Below are positions 1 to 8,428 of a DNA stretch of 36,030 nt, piece after piece; within the stretch, counting starts at the first letter, position 1, and each line of letters opens with the position of its first letter. The notes under the pieces were generated by a model, which saw only the letters and a list, made by a program, of their open reading frames with translations, made no database searches and had not been told where the DNA came from. The stretch spans positions 1 through 36,030 of the forward strand of contig JAYUEN010000356.1 in assembly GCA_043739185.1 (NCBI GenBank), in the 5' to 3' direction. A program made the translations under genes and the position numbers. The stretch is from Bdellovibrionales bacterium. Its GTDB lineage: Bacteria; Bdellovibrionota; Bdellovibrionia; Bdellovibrionales; JAMPXM01.

Positions 1-1
1 G

Positions 2-168
2 ACACCATTTCCAACTCCGGTCCCAACACCAAAACCAACGCCAACTCCTGTTGCAACGCCGGTTCCAACTCCGGTCCCAACACCAATGCCTACACCAAAA
101 CCAACGCCGGCTCCTACGCCAGTTCCGACTCCTGTGCCAACTCCAGTTCCAACGCCTTCTCCAACTCC
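2..168 (+). repeat. Coding low-complexity (PTPx)n tandem repeat, ~12-nt unit
   Basis: Repeated CCAACTCCGGTCCCAACACCA-type units; translation is [12 protein letters not shown] repeats. Confidence 0.9.
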
Positions 169-1243
169 GGGAATTGGTGGCGGTACTCCAGTGAGCAATC
201 CGGTTGAATATATTTGCTCAGATGCTCGCTCGCAAAATAGTGGTTCAACTGTTAAATCTTCAAGTGTTCTTGAGGTGGATATGATTGATCCAGATAGCGG
301 AGCCGTGGCTTGCAGATTTAGTCAGAAAGTTCGTGAAGATGTTCTGAATCTTAAGAAACTTGATTTCTCAGTCTGTAATAATTTACCAAAGAATAGCTAT
401 ATCGTACGAGTGATTGATCCGCTTGCGAAAGTGCAAAGAAATATGCTCTATAGCGCGGAACTGCCACTTCAACCGGTTGATTTCTTATTTATCAATCATA
501 CGCAATCAGGTTGGATGTTCTCTACTCATAGATTTTCAAACTCAGAATGCAATCGTTCTTACTCTCCATATAAGTCTTCAGATAAATATGGCAGATGGGG
601 TGAAGACGACGAAGATGATGAGGACGAAAAATCGATGAAGCCAGTGGTTGTGTATATCATCTATGAACCAAATATTCGCGACGGAAAATGTGATGAAAAC
701 GCATCACCGCTATTTATCGATACCGGAGTAGATAGCAACGGAGATATGCAGTTGACTGCGCCTTTAGATGGAGTCATGTTCAATCTCCTTGGTCAAAATC
801 AAAAAGTTGCCAATGTGCCAGTGCAGATTTCTTGGATACACAATGATCGCTATATGTTCTTGGTACTTCCGGATGCAAACGGCAACGTAAATGGAATTGA
901 TCAACTCTTTGGAGACAATACCATGGGGCCTGACGGACAATTTTCAGCCAATGGTTTTGATGCTCTTGCCAAATACGATCTCAATTCTGACGGAAAGATC
1001 GATCGCCATGACCCGATCTTTTCGAAGCTGAAACTTTGGCAGAATAAACGTCAAGATGGCGTAGCTCACCAAGACGAAATGCGTTCATTAGATCAAATTG
1101 GAGTTTCTTCAATCGATCTAAACTACGACCATAATTTTGCAGAACACGATATTTACGGAAATAAAATTGAATATAAGTCCGTCGTTAAATATCTCGACGG
1201 AACTATTAAAATGATTTTTGATTTGTGGTTCAGATATCTATAA
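2..1243 (+). CDS. 5'-truncated surface/secreted protein: Pro/Thr linker plus C-terminal Ca-binding (EF-hand-like) domain
   Basis: Frame is open from base 2 ([14 protein letters not shown]...), so the true start lies upstream of the window. The C-terminus has [44 protein letters not shown], typical of the SPLxxDxxG/EF-hand module of secreted proteins. Confidence 0.75.
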   Translation, partial: TPFPTPVPTPKPTPTPVATPVPTPVPTPMPTPKPTPAPTPVPTPVPTPVPTPSPTPGIGGGTPVSNPVEYICSDARSQNSGSTVKSSSVLEVDMIDPDSGAVACRFSQKVREDVLNLKKLDFSVCNNLPKNSYIVRVIDPLAKVQRNMLYSAELPLQPVDFLFINHTQSGWMFSTHRFSNSECNRSYSPYKSSDKYGRWGEDDEDDEDEKSMKPVVVYIIYEPNIRDGKCDENASPLFIDTGVDSNGDMQLTAPLDGVMFNLLGQNQKVANVPVQISWIHNDRYMFLVLPDANGNVNGIDQLFGDNTMGPDGQFSANGFDALAKYDLNSDGKIDRHDPIFSKLKLWQNKRQDGVAHQDEMRSLDQIGVSSIDLNYDHNFAEHDIYGNKIEYKSVVKYLDGTIKMIFDLWFRYL

Positions 1244-1247
1244 AAAA

Positions 1248-1748
1248 TTACTGTTTGGCGGAATCGTAAAATCCCGTCAAATAGCAGCTAGAAAGTGGTT
1301 CAGATGAGGGCTGATTATTCGGCCCTTTTTCTTGTGAGCCATCTGAGTATCCAAGACGATATTGGTCAACGCAGTTTCTGCCTACGGTATTTGAATCACT
1401 GGCCCGTGCAGCCACGCCCAAGAGTGCGAAACCAGCAATATAGCCCTTATTGAAGCATTCAGTTCCTGTGCTTGAATTTGAAACCATGAGTCCACTTTGT
1501 TTTCCGTTTTCAAATTCGCGAGCACAAAATGAATCATTTTTAGGAAGAGCTGAGCCTTCATCAACTCCTTGAAGATAGCAATTTTCGTCTACGGGGTCGG
1601 GTCGCAAATTAAGCCCTTTAAAGCCAGCTTCGATCCCTCTTCCGGCGCTATCAGAATGATAACTGAGGCGACAATGCCCTTGAGGTGCTCGCGCATTGGC
1701 TACCGAAGCTAATAAAACCATTAAAAAACCTAATATTAGACTTTTCAT
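1248..1748 (-). CDS. Secreted Cys-containing hypothetical protein with three internal repeats
   Basis: Signal peptide MKSLILGFLMVLLASVANA; GAGG RBS upstream; 6 Cys in repeated C-[YF]-x2-G-[YFV]-x2-G motifs. Confidence 0.75.
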   Translation of the reverse strand: MKSLILGFLMVLLASVANARAPQGHCRLSYHSDSAGRGIEAGFKGLNLRPDPVDENCYLQGVDEGSALPKNDSFCAREFENGKQSGLMVSNSSTGTECFNKGYIAGFALLGVAARASDSNTVGRNCVDQYRLGYSDGSQEKGPNNQPSSEPLSSCYLTGFYDSAKQ

Positions 1749-1905
1749 AGAGACCTCATTTCTGCCTGCTAAATTCGCATTTTTTTAGGATTTTCGCAAG
1801 CAGACTCGCAAAAAATACAAAAGGATAGGCCGCATAAGCATTTCGCGCTCTCTTTTTGTAATGATTTTAGGTATAGCTAAGGCCTATCACGTTGGAGTGG
1901 CTTTT

Positions 1906-3384
1906 ATGAATTTAATGGCGATTTTTCTGAGTCCGGTTTTCTTAAGTTTGGCGTCCTTGATTTTTGGTCTGGCTGTGGGCCATTTTTTCACTAAAAAAGC
2001 CCAGCAAAAATACTGGCAATTGAAATTTGAATCCGAAGCTCAAACGCAATTAAATGAAAAGCAAAATCATATCACTCAACTCTCTGAAAGAGTTCTAGGG
2101 ATTGAAAGAGAGCGCAGCGAACTAAAAACTGAGATCGCCAAGAGAGATGAGCGCTATGAAAAAAGCCAAAATGAATTTCTTCAGATTCGTAGTGAGAAGA
2201 CCCAACTCGAAACCAAACTTGAGAGTGAAAGAGAGAGTCTCAATCAGCAAAAAAAGCTGATCGAAGATTCAAAGAAATCTTTGCTCGATAGTTTCAAATC
2301 ACTTTCCGCTGAGAGTTTGCAATCAAATAATCAGAGCTTTATTCAGCTTGCAAATCAGAGCTTTGAAAAACTGAGCCAACAATCCAAAAGTGAGCTCGAA
2401 AAGCGCCATGAACAAATTGAAATGTCGGTGCGCCCAATTAAAGAGAGCCTTGAGAAATTTGATTCTAAGATAAATGAAGTTGAAAAAATCAGGGTCGAAG
2501 CTTACGCCGGCATCAGAGAACAGTTTTTCGGCATGAAAGAAACCCAAGAAAAATTAAAAGCTGAAACCTCTAATTTAGTAAAAGCACTCAGGGCGCCGCA
2601 AGTACGAGGCCGCTGGGGCGAATTGCAACTTAGAAGAGTTGTTGAAATGGCCGGGATGCTCGATCATTGTGATTTTTACGAGCAGGTTTCAGTAGGGGAT
2701 GAAAACGCAAGACTCAGACCAGACCTTGTCGTTAAGTTGCCAGGGAATAAAAGCATTGTGGTGGATTCAAAAGCCGTGATTTCAAGTTATATTGAGTCCT
2801 CGCAAAGTGAAGATGAAGTGCTTAAGCGAGAAAAACTTCAAGAGCATGCACGGCATATTTCAGAGCGAGTCACCGAACTCAGTAAAAAATCCTATTGGGA
2901 TCAATTCGAAAATTCGCCTGAATTTGTGGTTTTATTTTTACCAGGTGAAGCTTTTTTTAGTTCAGCCCTTGAAGTCAATCCTTCGCTGATTGAGCAAAGC
3001 GTAGATCAAAAAGTCATTATTGCAACTCCCACCACCTTGATTGCTCTCTTAAAAGCAGTCGCTTATGGCTGGAAACAGACGTCACTTGCCGACAATGCGA
3101 GAGAAATAAGTGATCTCGGAAAAGAGCTTTATAAACGAGTGAGTATCTTAAGCGAGAATTTTGCCGATCTCGGGAGAAAGATTGGTGGCGCCGTTGAGAG
3201 CTATAATAAATCACTTGGAACTCTTGAGAGTCGAGTTTTAGTAAGTGCCAGAAGATTTCATGAGCTTAAAGCCATCAGTGGGGACGGAGAAATTGAAAGT
3301 CTTGTTCCGATCGATAAGGCCATTCGTTCGATTCAGGCCACTGAATTATTAGTTCAGACTACGGACACAAAAGAACTGATTTGA
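1906..3384 (+). CDS. rmuC: DNA recombination protein RmuC
   Basis: N-terminal TM helix, long coiled coil, RGRWGELQL, RPDLVVKLP, VVDSKA, FVVLFLPGE, IATPTTL motifs; ATG at 1906 follows GGAGTGG. Confidence 0.93.
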   Translation: MNLMAIFLSPVFLSLASLIFGLAVGHFFTKKAQQKYWQLKFESEAQTQLNEKQNHITQLSERVLGIERERSELKTEIAKRDERYEKSQNEFLQIRSEKTQLETKLESERESLNQQKKLIEDSKKSLLDSFKSLSAESLQSNNQSFIQLANQSFEKLSQQSKSELEKRHEQIEMSVRPIKESLEKFDSKINEVEKIRVEAYAGIREQFFGMKETQEKLKAETSNLVKALRAPQVRGRWGELQLRRVVEMAGMLDHCDFYEQVSVGDENARLRPDLVVKLPGNKSIVVDSKAVISSYIESSQSEDEVLKREKLQEHARHISERVTELSKKSYWDQFENSPEFVVLFLPGEAFFSSALEVNPSLIEQSVDQKVIIATPTTLIALLKAVAYGWKQTSLADNAREISDLGKELYKRVSILSENFADLGRKIGGAVESYNKSLGTLESRVLVSARRFHELKAISGDGEIESLVPIDKAIRSIQATELLVQTTDTKELI

Positions 3385-3397
3385 GCTTTATCAGCCC

Positions 3398-4402
3398 GTG
3401 ACATCGGGCCCGAGCTTGCATGATTTTGAAAATATGCAGCTTAATTTTAAGAGTTCAAGATTAATCCAAAAATTAGATTCGAACCAGTCAATGCCAGAAA
3501 TTATGAGCTACGAACTTCACAATAAAATGTGTGAGCTTGCTTGTATCAGTGCATTGATTCCAGAAATGAATTTAGAGTATTTTGCAATGCTAACCAGACT
3601 GCTTGCAAATAACTGCAGCTTAAAACAAAGCTTCGAGCAAATTGCGAGCTCAGCAATATTGAATAGATGCAAAGAAGATACAAATTTATGGAGTAAAGGC
3701 CAAAAAGCGCTCGAAGTTTGTGAAAAGCAGGGCTTTCAAATTCTTTATCCCGGACATGACCTTTATCCTTCAGAGTATCTAAATCTTGCTCAACCGCCTT
3801 TCTTTTTAAGTTTTAAGGGCACCCCGGCTTGGCTTACTGCTAATAAAATTGCGGTGGTGGGTTCTCGTGATGCAAGTTTTGATGCAAAAAATTGGATGGA
3901 GCTTCATTTCGATAGTTTTTTAAAACTCTCTCGAACTGTAACTGTGAGTGGTGCTGCCTACGGCATTGATCAATTGGTTCATCGCATTTCACTCAGAAAC
4001 TTTCTGCCTACGATTGCGCTTATACCAAGTGGTTTGAGCCAGATTTATCCGCGTCAATTTGCCTATGAAATAAAGGCAATTGTCGAATCCGGTGGGGCAA
4101 TTGTAAGTGAATTTTTGCCTGGGGTCGAAATGAAGAAGCATCACTTTGAAAAACGCAATCGCTTGATCTGTGGCCTTACAAATTTACTTTTCGTAGTCGA
4201 GGCTAAGCGAAAGAGCGGGAGTATTATGACCGCACGGCTTGCGCTTGAACAAAATAAAACTATTTGTATTTTGCCTTCCTCTCCGATGCAGACGCAAAAT
4301 TTGGGAGCACTCGATTTATTATTTGATGGGGTTCATCCGCTAAGAGACGAGCAAGATCTGCTCTGTCTCTTGCAAAGTGAAGTTAGTTCCAGGAGCGTTT
4401 GA
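3398..4402 (+). CDS. dprA: DNA-processing protein DprA/Smf (start uncertain, possibly 3491 or 3504)
   Basis: IAVVGSR, VSGAAYGID, IVSEF, FEKRNRLICGL, VVEAKRKSGS motifs. Confidence 0.9.
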   Translation: MTSGPSLHDFENMQLNFKSSRLIQKLDSNQSMPEIMSYELHNKMCELACISALIPEMNLEYFAMLTRLLANNCSLKQSFEQIASSAILNRCKEDTNLWSKGQKALEVCEKQGFQILYPGHDLYPSEYLNLAQPPFFLSFKGTPAWLTANKIAVVGSRDASFDAKNWMELHFDSFLKLSRTVTVSGAAYGIDQLVHRISLRNFLPTIALIPSGLSQIYPRQFAYEIKAIVESGGAIVSEFLPGVEMKKHHFEKRNRLICGLTNLLFVVEAKRKSGSIMTARLALEQNKTICILPSSPMQTQNLGALDLLFDGVHPLRDEQDLLCLLQSEVSSRSV

Positions 4403-5480
4403 GAGCATAAAATCCGGCGAAGCCAAAGAGAATATTGGCCATCCACATGGCAAGACCTGGCGGAAGTTTACCGCTTTGAGCAAAATTTTCTCCGGTAATA
4501 TATATAACCCAATAAGCCACGATGAAAACTAGGCTCATCACCATGCCACCAGATTTAACAGCCCGTTTATTCGTTGTGGTACCAAATCCTACGCCCAAGA
4601 GAGCAAACAAAACACAGGCAAAAGAAATAGCCATTCGTTTGTGATATTCGATCTTAAAAGTGAGGCGATCTTCTTTTGAGGTATCGGGATCTTTAAGTCC
4701 ATCGTTGATATCTGTGAGCGTGAGTGATTGCGGTGATTTCTTTTTAAAATCCTCTGACGAAGGATTTGAAAACAGGAGCTTATAGGTTTTGAAATCTACC
4801 TTGGTATGTCGGCCGGTGGTGGTTCGATGTACACTTCCGCGCGTGAGCAGGAGTGCCGCTGATTCTCCAGGCTTTTCTTCATCGACTTGCAAAATGCCTT
4901 TTCTGGCGATGACAATCATCGGACTATCGGCATTTCTTTCATCATAAATAAATACATTACCCAATTCGCCGGTTTTTTGATCGACCTGATTTGCATAAAG
5001 AACGAGATCAAAAAAGCCTTCTGAAAAAGTGCCTTCTTTAATTGAAACACTCGGCTTCATGGCACCAATCTTGGTGATCATAAGTTCAAATTGACGATTG
5101 CCCCAAGGGGCAATGTGAAAGGCCATTTGAGCACTTAAGAGACCAATCAAGATACTTAAGAAAACTGCAGGTGTGATGATCTCCCACATGCTCATGCCAC
5201 TGGCTTTAAAGGCTACAATTTCAGAATCAGAGCTCAAGCGGCCATAGGTAAGGATGATAGTAAAGAGCAAACTCATCGGAAAAAGAATGGGCAAAAAACT
5301 AGTCGACATATAAGCCACTAGTTCTGCGACCGCTGTGACTTTTACGCCGTGTACGAGAACGAACTCGGTGAGGCGTAAAGCTTGAAACATCAAAAGGATA
5401 AAAACAAAAACAATGACTCCCAAAAAGAAAGTCGGAATCATTTCTCCAAGCACATACCTAATGGCTAGGCGCGTGGGCAT
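4383..5480 (-). CDS. lptF: LPS export ABC transporter permease LptF (LptF/LptG family)
   Basis: Multiple TM helices, YGRLSSDSEIVAFKASGMS motif, periplasmic beta region, EYHKRMA. Confidence 0.85.
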   Translation of the reverse strand: MPTRLAIRYVLGEMIPTFFLGVIVFVFILLMFQALRLTEFVLVHGVKVTAVAELVAYMSTSFLPILFPMSLLFTIILTYGRLSSDSEIVAFKASGMSMWEIITPAVFLSILIGLLSAQMAFHIAPWGNRQFELMITKIGAMKPSVSIKEGTFSEGFFDLVLYANQVDQKTGELGNVFIYDERNADSPMIVIARKGILQVDEEKPGESAALLLTRGSVHRTTTGRHTKVDFKTYKLLFSNPSSEDFKKKSPQSLTLTDINDGLKDPDTSKEDRLTFKIEYHKRMAISFACVLFALLGVGFGTTTNKRAVKSGGMVMSLVFIVAYWVIYITGENFAQSGKLPPGLAMWMANILFGFAGFYALKRSWN

Positions 5481-6379
5481 ATCTCTCCAACATTTTCTGG
5501 AGTACCAATGGCTTCACGAACCGCAATCGACATGCGCAGCATATTTTCAAAGTGTTTGAGATTAAGCTGTGAAGCCGCATCACACTTCGCCTGCATTGGC
5601 CGAGGATGAGTCTCAAGAAATAAAGCATCCGCACCTGCGGCAACCGCAGCGAGGGTGAGATGAGGAACAAAGCGCGGCTCACCACCTGCGGGATCCGCAC
5701 TTGAAACTCCATACAATCGCACCACATGAGTAGCATCAAAACAAACCGGAGCCCCGAGCTCTTGCATAACCGGGATTGAGCGCATATCTGCAATCAATCG
5801 ATTGTATCCAAAACATGCTCCGCGCTCAGTGAGTAAGATATTTTTGTTTCCGGTAGATTGAATCTTGCCTAAAACTCCACCCATATTTTCAGGAGCGAGA
5901 AACTGGCCTTTTTTTACATTGATCGCTTTGCCGGTTTTTCCGCAAGCAAGAGCAAGTGAAGTTTGCTGGCACATATAAGCTGGAATTTGAAGGACGTCGA
6001 CAAATTCTGCCACTTGCTCGACATCTTCAGTGCGATGAACATCGGTGAGAACCGGGATGCCAAATTCTTTTCGCACTCCAGCCAAAATTTTCAAGCCTTC
6101 ATTTACCATTGGGCCTTGCCAATTTTTTTCTGAGCCCCGATTGTCTTTTTCATACGACGATTTGAAAATGAGTTGAAAATCTAGTTTTTCGCAAATTTTT
6201 ACAAGTGCTGCGGCGGTCTCCATGACCAATTCTTTACTGTCGATAACACATGGGCCTGCAATGACTGCGAGTTTTTCTCCGGATCCGACTCGCACTGTAT
6301 AGCGATCAGTTTTGACTTCAAATTTTCTTTTGGGAAGTTGAATTGTCTCAATTCGTTCTTTTGAAATTTGTTTTTCCAT
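5465..6379 (-). CDS. kdsA: KDO8P synthase (KdsA)-family aldolase, metal-dependent type, with atypical motifs
   Basis: IAGPCV, NVKKGQFLAP, TERG, DATH, FLETHP, KCDA. KANRS is replaced by KDNRG and PAFLxR by PAYMCQ. Confidence 0.85.
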   Translation of the reverse strand: MEKQISKERIETIQLPKRKFEVKTDRYTVRVGSGEKLAVIAGPCVIDSKELVMETAAALVKICEKLDFQLIFKSSYEKDNRGSEKNWQGPMVNEGLKILAGVRKEFGIPVLTDVHRTEDVEQVAEFVDVLQIPAYMCQQTSLALACGKTGKAINVKKGQFLAPENMGGVLGKIQSTGNKNILLTERGACFGYNRLIADMRSIPVMQELGAPVCFDATHVVRLYGVSSADPAGGEPRFVPHLTLAAVAAGADALFLETHPRPMQAKCDAASQLNLKHFENMLRMSIAVREAIGTPENVGEICPRA

Positions 6380-6391
6380 ATTTAATTACTC

Positions 6392-7258
6392 CTAAGTTTT
6401 TATAATTCGATAGGGCTTGTATTCGCCAATTCGGTAGCCAGTTATATTTTCAAGGGCATCACTCGCAAAGAGATTGAGATCCTTTAGCGTCCAATCCTTG
6501 AGGCTACGCTTTGGATCATACTCCCAAGTTTGGTTCGCAACCAAGTCTTTCATGACCCCGGGATGCGAGCCAGTGAATTTTTTCAAACCATATTGTTTCT
6601 CATAGCGAAAATCTTCAAATTTCTCGTCAAGCTTGGCGCCATGCCACCAGCGATTGAGCAATTTGCTCTTTTGGCCCATTAATTTCGGGGGCTTCACCCA
6701 TCCGTAATGAAAAATACGGGCTTGAGTAGGCAAAACCTTTGGCTTTTCTCCTTGAACTCTAAAGCCCTGCGCATCGCTAAAGGAGCGGATTCCAGAAGAT
6801 TTGCGAATCGCCCGTACTTCTTTTCGGTACCATTTTCGTGAATTGGCGGTGACCGAATAACTTCCGTAAAAGTGAATATATTGAAAGAGCAAAGCCTCTA
6901 TTTCTGGAGTTTTGTTAGCTTTTTCAAAAGCTTGATGTATCGAAACCAAATCCTGTTCGTGCACGACTTCGTCTGCTTGTAGATAAAAACACCAGTCGTT
7001 GGCGCATTGATCGAGAGCCTCATTGGTTTTTTCACTTAGGATGAGCCCTCCCTTGGTCTTAGAAGTATCCCAAAAGGAATCAAAAATGCGAATCTTTTTA
7101 TCTTGAATAGATTCGATCATTTTTTTAGTTTGATCATCACTCTGGCCCACGCCAATGACGAATTCATCTACAATGGGTAAAATGCTCTTGATGCTCTCGA
7201 TTACGGGATAGCCCATGAGCTCTGCATTTCGAATGACACTAAATCCCGAGATTTTCAT
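6392..7258 (-). CDS. Glycosyltransferase family 2-like protein
   Basis: KISGFSVIRNA, FYLQADEVVHE (DxD-like), IFHYGWVKPP; co-oriented upstream of kdsA-lptF. Confidence 0.8.
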   Translation of the reverse strand: MKISGFSVIRNAELMGYPVIESIKSILPIVDEFVIGVGQSDDQTKKMIESIQDKKIRIFDSFWDTSKTKGGLILSEKTNEALDQCANDWCFYLQADEVVHEQDLVSIHQAFEKANKTPEIEALLFQYIHFYGSYSVTANSRKWYRKEVRAIRKSSGIRSFSDAQGFRVQGEKPKVLPTQARIFHYGWVKPPKLMGQKSKLLNRWWHGAKLDEKFEDFRYEKQYGLKKFTGSHPGVMKDLVANQTWEYDPKRSLKDWTLKDLNLFASDALENITGYRIGEYKPYRIIKT

Positions 7259-7397
7259 ATCAAACTAGACTAGCAGCTAGAACAATTCAGAGCAAGGTAA
7301 GCGCCTTTTTTTCGCAGTTGGGCGTCGGTTTACCTCTATAGAGTCCCAGATACGGCTTTAGGTGGCAAACCAGAAGGCTAGCTCTGGCTTTGTCTTG

Positions 7398-7427
7398 TTG
7401 ACCAGTCAAAAGCAAATACAAGATAAT
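7398..7427 (+). promoter_or_regulatory. Putative sigma70 promoter
   Basis: TTGACC-N18-GATAAT, ending 5 nt before ATG 7433. Confidence 0.35.
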
Positions 7428-7432
7428 GTGAC

Positions 7433-8131
7433 ATGGTCAAAATCATAATAGCAATAGACGATTTCAATGAGAGCCTTCAATGTCAGACTCTTTTAAAAAA
7501 ATTGGGTTTTGACGTCATTTCAATTAATAAAGACTCCCAATTTCGTTCCGCGACTCTTGGTTTTTTACCAGATATAGTGATTGCTTCATTTAAAACTAAA
7601 AACGTCGATGGATTATTGCTAGGTCTTGAAGCCAAAAAGCTCATCAGTAAACCGCGGGTCCTTTTGTTGTATCCGGCAATGTCTGAGCCTAAATTGGGTG
7701 AGGAATCAAAAGTGGCTTATGACTTTTTAATGAGCTCGCCATTTGACTATGAACAGCTGATAAAACGAACTGCTGAAATGGCAAGAGTTGATCAGAATAC
7801 TCTTCATGAGAAATATCTTAAGCTCAGCATGCGCAGACCAACTACACAGGGAGCCAATACCGTATATGGTGGCAAAGACATCACCAATGATTCGCTTTAT
7901 CCTGAAAGAAGAATACCAGTTTCAAGTATGGCGCCTGAAGTAAGAAGCAAACGATACCAAGAATTTTTAAGCAAAGCCCCGAGTGAACCAGCGGCGCAAA
8001 TTATTGATCACAAAGTTTTGACTGAAAAGGTTCATCAACTTGAACAGAATTTAAAAGATGATGTGAAATCAATTGAGGCGATCAACGCTGAAAAGCTAGC
8101 CTTTGCCAAAGCGCTTTTTAAAAAACCGTGA
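7433..8131 (+). CDS. Atypical (pseudo) receiver-domain protein with charged C-terminal tail
   Basis: KIIIAIDD, LKKLGFDV, PDIVIAS (Asp replaced by Ser), DGLLL, SSPF (Lys missing). Confidence 0.7.
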   Translation: MVKIIIAIDDFNESLQCQTLLKKLGFDVISINKDSQFRSATLGFLPDIVIASFKTKNVDGLLLGLEAKKLISKPRVLLLYPAMSEPKLGEESKVAYDFLMSSPFDYEQLIKRTAEMARVDQNTLHEKYLKLSMRRPTTQGANTVYGGKDITNDSLYPERRIPVSSMAPEVRSKRYQEFLSKAPSEPAAQIIDHKVLTEKVHQLEQNLKDDVKSIEAINAEKLAFAKALFKKP

Positions 8132-8134
8132 AAT

Positions 8135-8427
8135 TAAAAACTAGTGCCCATTAGAGTTAGGCTTGATCCGTTTTAACGGCAGCGGCGGCCGTTAACAGTC
8201 TCGCTGTTTCGGTCTCAGTTTTCTGTTACCAATAGTTTCAATAGCACTTCGTTTTCCCCGAACACAACGTTGGTATGCGGCGGCAAGGCGTTCAAAATGC
8301 CTTATACCAACCTTGTATTGGGGGGGAAACAAAGTGCTATTGCCACTATGAAGCCGACTCTGATTCTGGATCAGTTGCAGTTGACTGAATTCGGTTTGCC
8401 AGCCCTGAAGTTTTTTTGGCAAGTGTC
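8135..8427 (-). repeat. Dispersed intergenic repeat, copy 1 (homologous to 35275-35436), interrupted by a foldback insert
   Basis: Minus 8400-8360 vs plus 35299-35339 = 32/41 identical; minus 8212-8165 vs plus 35364-35411 = 36/48; both copies end in AGTTTTTA. Confidence 0.85.
8233..8348. mobile_element. MITE-like long inverted-repeat (foldback) element flanked by TA
   Basis: Left arm CAATAGCACTTCGTTTTCCCCGAACACAACGTTGGTAT..AAGGCGTT pairs with right arm AATGCCTTATACCAACCTTGTATTGGGGGGGAAACAAAGTGCTATTG. TA at 8233-8234 and 8347-8348. Absent from the paralogous copy. Confidence 0.6.
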
Positions 8428-8428
8428 T

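Noticed and set aside
2..168. CRISPR-like repeat appearance
   Set aside because: In-frame Pro/Thr coding repeats with no unique spacers and no cas genes
1775..1847. Recurrent TCGCA pentamers in the divergent promoter region
   Set aside because: Irregular spacing and too short to distinguish from chance
4383..4402. Convergent 3' overlaps (dprA/lptF 20 bp; also 11867-11870 and 24116-24143)
   Set aside because: Short tail-to-tail overlaps are common in compact genomes
7361..7392. GGCAAACCAGA..TCTGG resembling the start of a c-di-GMP-I riboswitch (GGCAAAC also at 35299 and minus 8400)
   Set aside because: No GNRA loop, no GACGCAAAG junction and no second stem with a receptor motif
8135..8427. 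Retron msr-msd, 6S, SRP, RNase P or tmRNA interpretation
   Set aside because: No reverse transcriptase in the window, no diagnostic motifs recognised, and the main hairpin is absent from the paralogous copy
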